DNA from: Campylobacterota bacterium
GTDB taxonomy: Bacteria > Campylobacterota > Campylobacteria > Campylobacterales > Sulfurimonadaceae
Length of the DNA stretch: 58,744 bases
Reading direction: 5' to 3'
Assembly: GCA_034717975.1 (NCBI GenBank)
Contig: JAYEMF010000138.1
Coordinates: 8,949-67,692 of the forward strand
The translations under genes were made by a program, and so were the position numbers. Positions 56,226 through 58,744 of this stretch are shown in pieces. Positions within the stretch are counted from its first letter, which is position 1; every line of letters begins with the position of its first letter. Under the pieces are notes generated by a model. It worked only from the letters and a program-made list of their open reading frames with translations, had not been told where the DNA came from and made no database searches.

Positions 56226-57239
56226 ATGAAAAAAATAGTCAAGCAAACCATTAATCAGGAGTTTCTGCCCGTTTCACCAAAAAAACTGGCTATAGATGAT
56301 GTACTTGATTTTGACTGTTTTATAAAACGTTTTAACGGTTATGCAATCATTCTCGAAGCAGGAACTCCGATCACCAGGGAACTCAAAGAGAAGATCGATG
56401 AACACCGCTTTCTCTATGTCCAGCAGAGGGAGGTCGATCAATATAGAGCCTATGTCGCTGAAAAAGCGGAGTTGGATGAGGAGTCGGAAGAGAAGAAGGG
56501 AGTGGATATTGACACCCTCTTTGAAAACCTGCTCGAATCCCTCAATGCGTGTAAAGATATTGATCAGCAGGTCGCACTGATCTATCAGACAGCATTGAGC
56601 CTGATGGAGGCCTACTTCTCAGCCGGGAATGAAGAGATCATGCTGAAATATATTGAGCTCTACAGTGATGCATTGATCGGGATATTTGATGGATCTGAGT
56701 ATAGACTCGGAGAATTCCTGGATGATATGCCAGATAGCTATGATGATGCATCGCATAATGTCAATGTCAGTTTTTTGGGTGTCTTGCTTGGCAGGGAACT
56801 GGGGTTGAGCAATCTTCAGCTTCATGAACTCTCTATTGCCGGAATTTTGCATGATATCGGCAAGGTCAGGATAGACCCGAAGATACTGAATAAAGACAGT
56901 TCGCTTGACAGTGATGAGTTTGAGGCTGTTCAGGAACATTCGGTATTTAGTGTTGAGATCGCAAAATATAACGGTGTGAGCAGTGCCAATGTACTCTCTG
57001 CCATACGGTATCATCATGAAAAGCTTGACGGAAGCGGTTACCCTGAAGGGCTGGAGGGGAATAAGATCCCGTTAATGGCCCAGATGATCGGAATCTGTGA
57101 TATCTTTGATGCATTGACCACCGATCATACTTTTCGGGCACGATACAGCAGTTTTGATGCGTTGAAGTTAATGAAGAGAGAGATGGCTCAGCAGCTCAAC
57201 GGCAGCTATGTCAATACGTTTATCAAGCTGTTGAAGTAA
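56226..57239 (+). CDS. HD-GYP domain c-di-GMP phosphodiesterase
   Basis: GILHDIGKV (HD) and HHEKLDGSGYPEGL (GYP). I moved the start to ATG 56226 (MKKIVKQ). The track start 56184 overlaps the upstream gene. Confidence 0.85.
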   Translation: MKKIVKQTINQEFLPVSPKKLAIDDVLDFDCFIKRFNGYAIILEAGTPITRELKEKIDEHRFLYVQQREVDQYRAYVAEKAELDEESEEKKGVDIDTLFENLLESLNACKDIDQQVALIYQTALSLMEAYFSAGNEEIMLKYIELYSDALIGIFDGSEYRLGEFLDDMPDSYDDASHNVNVSFLGVLLGRELGLSNLQLHELSIAGILHDIGKVRIDPKILNKDSSLDSDEFEAVQEHSVFSVEIAKYNGVSSANVLSAIRYHHEKLDGSGYPEGLEGNKIPLMAQMIGICDIFDALTTDHTFRARYSSFDALKLMKREMAQQLNGSYVNTFIKLLK

Positions 57240-57250
57240 GGAGATCATGA

Positions 57251-58498
57251 ATGCAAAGCCACTATATAGGTCGACAACCGATCATTGATAATCAAGGTAG
57301 TGTACTTGCATACGACCTGGTTTATGAAGATGGGGAAGCTGGAGCGACCTCAAATCGTGCTCTGGCATCGACATTGATCAGCACGGTTTTAAACACCGTC
57401 GGAGTCAAAAGCGTACTGGGTGAGCGTATGGGGTTTGTTCGTATCGATCACAAGTTTCTACTCAGTGATCTGATGCTCTCCGCACCAAAAGAGTTTTTTG
57501 TCTTCTCCCTTTTGGATACGACGATCATTGATGAGAAGTTGGTTGAACGGATGAAAGAGCTCCGTGGGCAGGGTTACTGGTTTGCACTGGATGACATTAC
57601 CCGTCATACCGGTCCGCTGCAGCGTTTTAGTCCGATCTTGCCCTATCTCAACTTTTTCAAGATCGATATCCGTTATTTTCCCGAACAGTATCTGGCAAAA
57701 CTGAAAAAGATTTTGAGTGAATTTCCGCTGGAGGTGGTCATCACCCATGTTGAAAACGATGATCAGTATGCGATTTGCAGATCGCTGCGTTTTCCTTACC
57801 TGGAAGGGTATTACTTTGCTGAGCCGAATATCATTGAAAACAAAAGCTTTGATCCTAAAACTTTTGTGGTTATCCAGCTCTACAACCAGCTGATGTCTGA
57901 TGAGAGCACTCTTGATCAGCTTGTTCAGACTTTTGAGACCAACCATGATCTGACTATTCAGCTACTGCAGTACATCAACTCAAAAGCCTTTAGCCTTGCG
58001 AACAATGTATCGAATGTCAAACAGGTGTTGGCACTGCTGGGACGTCAACCGTTGGCGCAGTGGCTGATGCTGCTGATCTACGGCAAGTCGATCAGCACTT
58101 CAAAATATCAAGAGCCTTTGCTGCTTATGGTCAAAAACCGGACAGAACTGATGTCCGGGCTTTTAAAGCTGGTTAGACCCGGAGCCGATAAAACGATGCA
58201 GGGAGAGGCCTATTTTATAGGAGTAATGTCCCTTTCGAGTGTCGTGCTGGGGATGCCGCTGCGGCTGATACTCAAAGAGATGCATATTTCAGATGAAGTG
58301 CGTGAGGCACTGTTGGAGAAAGCAGGATTGCTGGGCGAGATGTTGAGTGCCGTCAAGGCGATCGAGAAGTTTGATACTGAAGTCATTGATGCCTATGCCG
58401 CAGCACATCAACTCTCCCGTAATGCGATCCAGGAGCTGATGACACGTACTATGGAGATTGTCACCGGTTTTGAAGCAGGGATGCCAAAAAACTTTTGA
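57251..58498 (+). CDS. EAL-like plus HDOD domain signalling protein
   Basis: EAL-fold landmarks (IGRQPIIDNQGSVLAYDLVYE, WFALDDI, FFKIDI, THVENDDQY, LEGYYFAEP), then an HDOD-like helical region (LLQYINSKAFSLANNVSNVKQVLALLG). The EAL triplet reads DLV. Confidence 0.75.
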   Translation: MQSHYIGRQPIIDNQGSVLAYDLVYEDGEAGATSNRALASTLISTVLNTVGVKSVLGERMGFVRIDHKFLLSDLMLSAPKEFFVFSLLDTTIIDEKLVERMKELRGQGYWFALDDITRHTGPLQRFSPILPYLNFFKIDIRYFPEQYLAKLKKILSEFPLEVVITHVENDDQYAICRSLRFPYLEGYYFAEPNIIENKSFDPKTFVVIQLYNQLMSDESTLDQLVQTFETNHDLTIQLLQYINSKAFSLANNVSNVKQVLALLGRQPLAQWLMLLIYGKSISTSKYQEPLLLMVKNRTELMSGLLKLVRPGADKTMQGEAYFIGVMSLSSVVLGMPLRLILKEMHISDEVREALLEKAGLLGEMLSAVKAIEKFDTEVIDAYAAAHQLSRNAIQELMTRTMEIVTGFEAGMPKNF

Positions 58499-58572
58499 CT
58501 TTTTACTGTCCGCTCCATGGCATAGGCTCGGCAATCCAGTAATTATAACTGACTCAAATAATGTTCTTCTGA

Positions 58573-58601
58573 ATAAGTTATATAATATAGATATAACTTA
58601 T
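58573..58601. repeat. AT-rich perfect 11-bp-stem palindrome downstream of the EAL-HDOD gene
   Basis: ATAAGTTATAT-aatatag-ATATAACTTAT. No adjacent T-run. It lies about 50 nt upstream of the next ORF start, so it could be an operator or a weak terminator. Confidence 0.4.
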
Positions 58602-58651
58602 CTTGCTGCCTATTTACTCTATTTTTATCTGCTCGGTTCTATAATAGTTAT

Positions 58652-58744
58652 ATGTTAACGTTTAAAACCAAATTACTGCTTGCTTTTATAGGTTTTGGAT
58701 TACTGGTTGCCAGTGCGGCTCTTGTATCGGCCTATAAGATGGAA
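58652..58744 (+). CDS. 5' end of a membrane protein gene (runs off the window)
   Basis: ATG 58652 is preceded by a TATAAT hexamer at about 58640. It reads MLTFKTKLLLAFIGFGLLVASAALVSAYKME..., a TM helix typical of a sensor N-terminus. Only 31 codons are visible. Confidence 0.3.
   Translation, partial: MLTFKTKLLLAFIGFGLLVASAALVSAYKME

Overview
This 58.7-kb chromosomal window looks like a free-living, flagellated Campylobacterota (epsilonproteobacterium). That assignment is inference from three things. atpB stands alone, motA-motB-fliP are present, and several promoters read TGnTATAAT with no clear -35. About 60 CDS are tightly packed and many junctions overlap (TAATG, ATGA, GTGA). I found no rRNA, tRNA, CRISPR array, transposase, integrase or phage genes. 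Housekeeping genes: ligA (partial), tlyA, ribF, atpB, thiE, gatB, gpsA, cls, htpG, truA, an lptF/G-type permease, a prepilin peptidase, uppS, coaBC, glmU, trmA, rhlE. The accessory content is mainly signal transduction. There are five GGDEF diguanylate cyclases (all GGEEF plus an RxxD I-site), one HD-GYP protein, one EAL-HDOD protein, two MCPs and an orphan Aer/CetB-like PAS protein. The best candidate for an undescribed system is a ten-gene Che-type operon at 44374-54267: cheY-cheW-MCP-STAS-cheA-cheR-(His-less HK-like ATPase)-cheD-cheB-(REC-REC-GGDEF). It has a c-di-GMP output, what looks like an embedded partner-switching pair, and an acidic REC protein (ChePep-like architecture) just upstream. 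Other items worth a second look:
- a 271-bp nested-palindrome element with 33-bp terminal inverted repeats, abutting the start codon of a membrane-protein/fatty-acid-desaturase operon;
- a 14-nt motif family (AGGGCACCTCTAAA) sitting at CDS boundaries and bracketing the PAS gene;
- an OprD-type porin broken by one in-frame TAG;
- a degenerate stand-alone DEAD-box domain-2 protein with a long charged tail, divergent from rhlE;
- two gene junctions where the upstream gene's 3' end is duplicated, giving translationally coupled mini-ORFs (glmU/coaBC and HK-like/cheD);
- a UPF0175/PIN-like toxin-antitoxin pair.
All homology calls were made by eye from motifs, with no database search. Coordinates of small motifs were hand-counted against the ORF track and may be off by 1-2 nt.
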